A stretch of DNA of 64,000 nucleotides, taken from the NCBI RefSeq assembly GCF_964204645.1, contig NC_134027.1, forward strand, positions 1,208,385 through 1,272,384, read 5' to 3'. The notes under the pieces are model-generated. The model ran no database searches. It saw only the letters and a list, made by a program, of their open reading frames with translations, and was not told where the DNA came from. Shown piece after piece: positions 61,627 through 64,000 of this stretch; position 1 is the stretch's first letter, and every line of letters begins with the position of its first letter. Position numbers and translations under genes: made by a program. This DNA comes from Tubulanus polymorphus (Eukaryota > Animalia > Nemertea).

Positions 61627-62710
61627 CGGTTGTGCCCATCCTCCATTTTACATTTTCGATGCATGTCAAATAAGGTCAAACATGTTAAGTAGTGGTTAAG
61701 ATGGCGTCTCTTCGAATCTGCTTGGCTTCGAGCGATATTAAAATTGTCCTTTATAATGGACGGAAAGACATTAATCGCTGTAAGTATCAGATAAATCCGC
61801 TGATAATTTACCTGGTACTCGAAATACCAACTAACAAGGATCGAAATCTAATGCGAGGTGAGCTCTGCCGCGACCGTCACTGAATACAGAACATTCTGAA
61901 GGAACAGAGGACATCCTTCCTATAACTACCGTTCGTTGGATGTATTTAGTGAATTGATGTTTTAATACAGTGTTGTAAAATGACTATATTTAGTATCTGA
62001 ATAAAGTTTACAATTGCTGAATTCCTTAGTGCTTTGTTAGATCAGATATTTGGATCCACCTCAGCCTACTGATTTCCTGATACAGACAGCAAGTTGGGAC
62101 AGTCAAATTAAGAGATTTGGTCAAGACAGGTTACTCAGATCACACTTGAAATTCGCAATATCCTCTCTCCTCATGGACCACACATTGTCAATGTTGACTT
62201 TGCTAGAAATCGATTATAAAATTCATCACGACCAATTCTTTTTCACTGAATTCAATATTTATTGTTCACTTCTGGTACAAAATCTTGTTCAGCCCCTGAC
62301 AAGAGAATAAACAATGACACTACGTATTTCATGACATAGAACAGTAGTTTTTTTTTCATCGACAAATTGGGACGATCCTGATATCCCTGATTTGAATGAT
62401 AGTGTCTTTAGAATCATAAAGACCATGTCTCGACCAGACAGATAATCCAATCACAATTCAAATTGAAGGCTCGCTAGTGCAGTTATTCACAGAATCCAGC
62501 TCTTTAAACCTCATCAGTTTATCAGAATCGAGGAGTTTCACCGCCTGTTATTTGGAATTTCATTTCATGACAGCTAGTGCTGATTCTTTATTCTCTTTGA
62601 TTACTGCATGATGTTATCATTCTGAAATTAAAATACATATCACACTTATAATTAAAGCTGGATTGACTTTACAAATTAATGGTTCAGAATCCATTTTTCA
62701 AACTTACCTT
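61627..62710 (+). repeat. Diverged direct paralogue of 20381..21380
   Basis: Collinear shared blocks such as CCCATCCTCCATTTT, TCTGAATAAAGTTTACA, GATACAGACAGCAAGTTGGGA, CTCCTCATGGACCA, TTTTTCAAACTTACC. Confidence 0.8.
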
Positions 62711-63504
62711 GATTAGCATTTGATTCTCTATATATCGTCAGAACATGGACTCAGAGTGTTTCTTTAATGGTTAAGAATGTCTCTTTAACCAACATCCCCC
62801 TAGCCTGCTTCCTACATATTCCTTCCCTTTCCTCCTGATTACCTTTGATCCCCACTGCCTAGCAGCTAACAGCTGCTGCTATTTTATCTGGTTTACATGT
62901 TTTGCAAATAGTGTCTGTTATGCTATAGTTGTTCTTTTAATTGTTTAACTTCTTCATCTGAAATTTCATTATTCTCATTTCAGTTTCACGCAGGAAATGG
63001 TTCATGAAAATCTGCATTGAGACTGGGACGAAATGTGCATTGAGACGGATGAAATCTGCATGAACAGAGATATACTTTAAGATCCCCATTTTATCCATCG
63101 GAGTGAATGTACATCCACTACTCACAGGTAGCAAACCTACAAACGCTAAACACTCATCCCTGGGCCCTGATTCAAAAATAAAAATAAAAGATTAAATTAA
63201 GAATTAACAATTTTATGAATCAGTGATCAGTTTCATAAAATAAGTCCTAAATTAATTTTAGGGGTTTATTATTTCATATTGAAATGAATTCTTCATGTTT
63301 ATGCAATTCTCATTATCTTTCATTGCAGCATTTATATATTCATTTTTAATCATACATGTGAAATATATAATGTATTTTCAGGGAAACGTAAACAAGAAAG
63401 GAAGGGAAGAAAGAGTTGGATGATTAATGCGCACTTATTCTCCATTCCGAATTCCTGTATTCGACTCTAGGTGATCATCATACGAACGAGATATAGAAAA
63501 AAAA

Positions 63505-63770
63505 CATTACTGAAGTCATCTCTATATTTTAGTCTCAATTTGTATTTCTAATTCAATTTACTAAGTGTGTAAGTCATCATTTGGAAGTGTAAGTCATAAT
63601 TTGGATAAATCGTCACATTACTGAAGTCATCTCTATTTTTTAGTCTCAATTTATATTTCTAATTCAATTTACTAAGTGTGTAAGTCATCATTTGGAAGTA
63701 TAAGTCATAATTTGGATAAATTGCCACATTACTGAATTCATCCCTATTTTTTAGTCTCAATTTGTATTCA
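63505..63770. repeat. ~111-bp tandem repeat (~2.4 copies)
   Basis: CATTACTGAAGTCATCTCTAT..TAGTCTCAATTT.. repeated. Confidence 0.8.
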
Positions 63771-64000
63771 GTTTACTTCAGATAACGTAATTTGGTTTAA
63801 TCACAAGTCGTCAACATTATAATCAATGTAACTACAGTGACTACATTATTGTCCTTTTATTGAGAAATTTATGTTAATTTTTGATTTCTGGGATAAATCA
63901 AAATTCAAATGTTATCATTTTTTGTATCAAAAATTGTAAAAAATTGAATAACTTGTGTGCTATTGAAACATTCAGTTATGGAGAGTTTTTAGCTCAGAAA

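Overview
AT-rich animal genomic DNA from a bilaterian invertebrate; a spiralian/lophotrochozoan origin is an inference. The left ~12 kb holds an Iroquois (Irx) TALE-homeobox gene. Its five visible coding exons splice in phase into a ~490-aa protein with the N-terminal CC..TDP..CSCQY motif, homeodomain, IRO box and C-terminal AFKPV motif. An intact tRNA-Pro(TGG) lies at 17246. From ~22.6 to 41.7 kb I assembled by hand a gene the ORF track largely misses: 9 coding exons, mostly micro-exons, all phase-consistent, encoding a 346-aa disordered polyQ/Pro/Ser-rich basic protein of no family I recognise. Its introns contain minisatellites, a decayed DIRS retrotransposon, a Penelope-type hammerhead-ribozyme insertion, a Helentron-type element and MITEs carrying CTCF motifs. 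The right ~22 kb has no convincing protein gene. It does hold two arrays of tandemly repeated exon-intron units with intact splice signals but stop-filled exons (candidate spliced lncRNA), palindrome-bearing tandem repeats, a ~600-bp inverted duplication and a ~1-kb paralogue of the 20.4-21.4 kb segment. All calls were made by eye with no database search.
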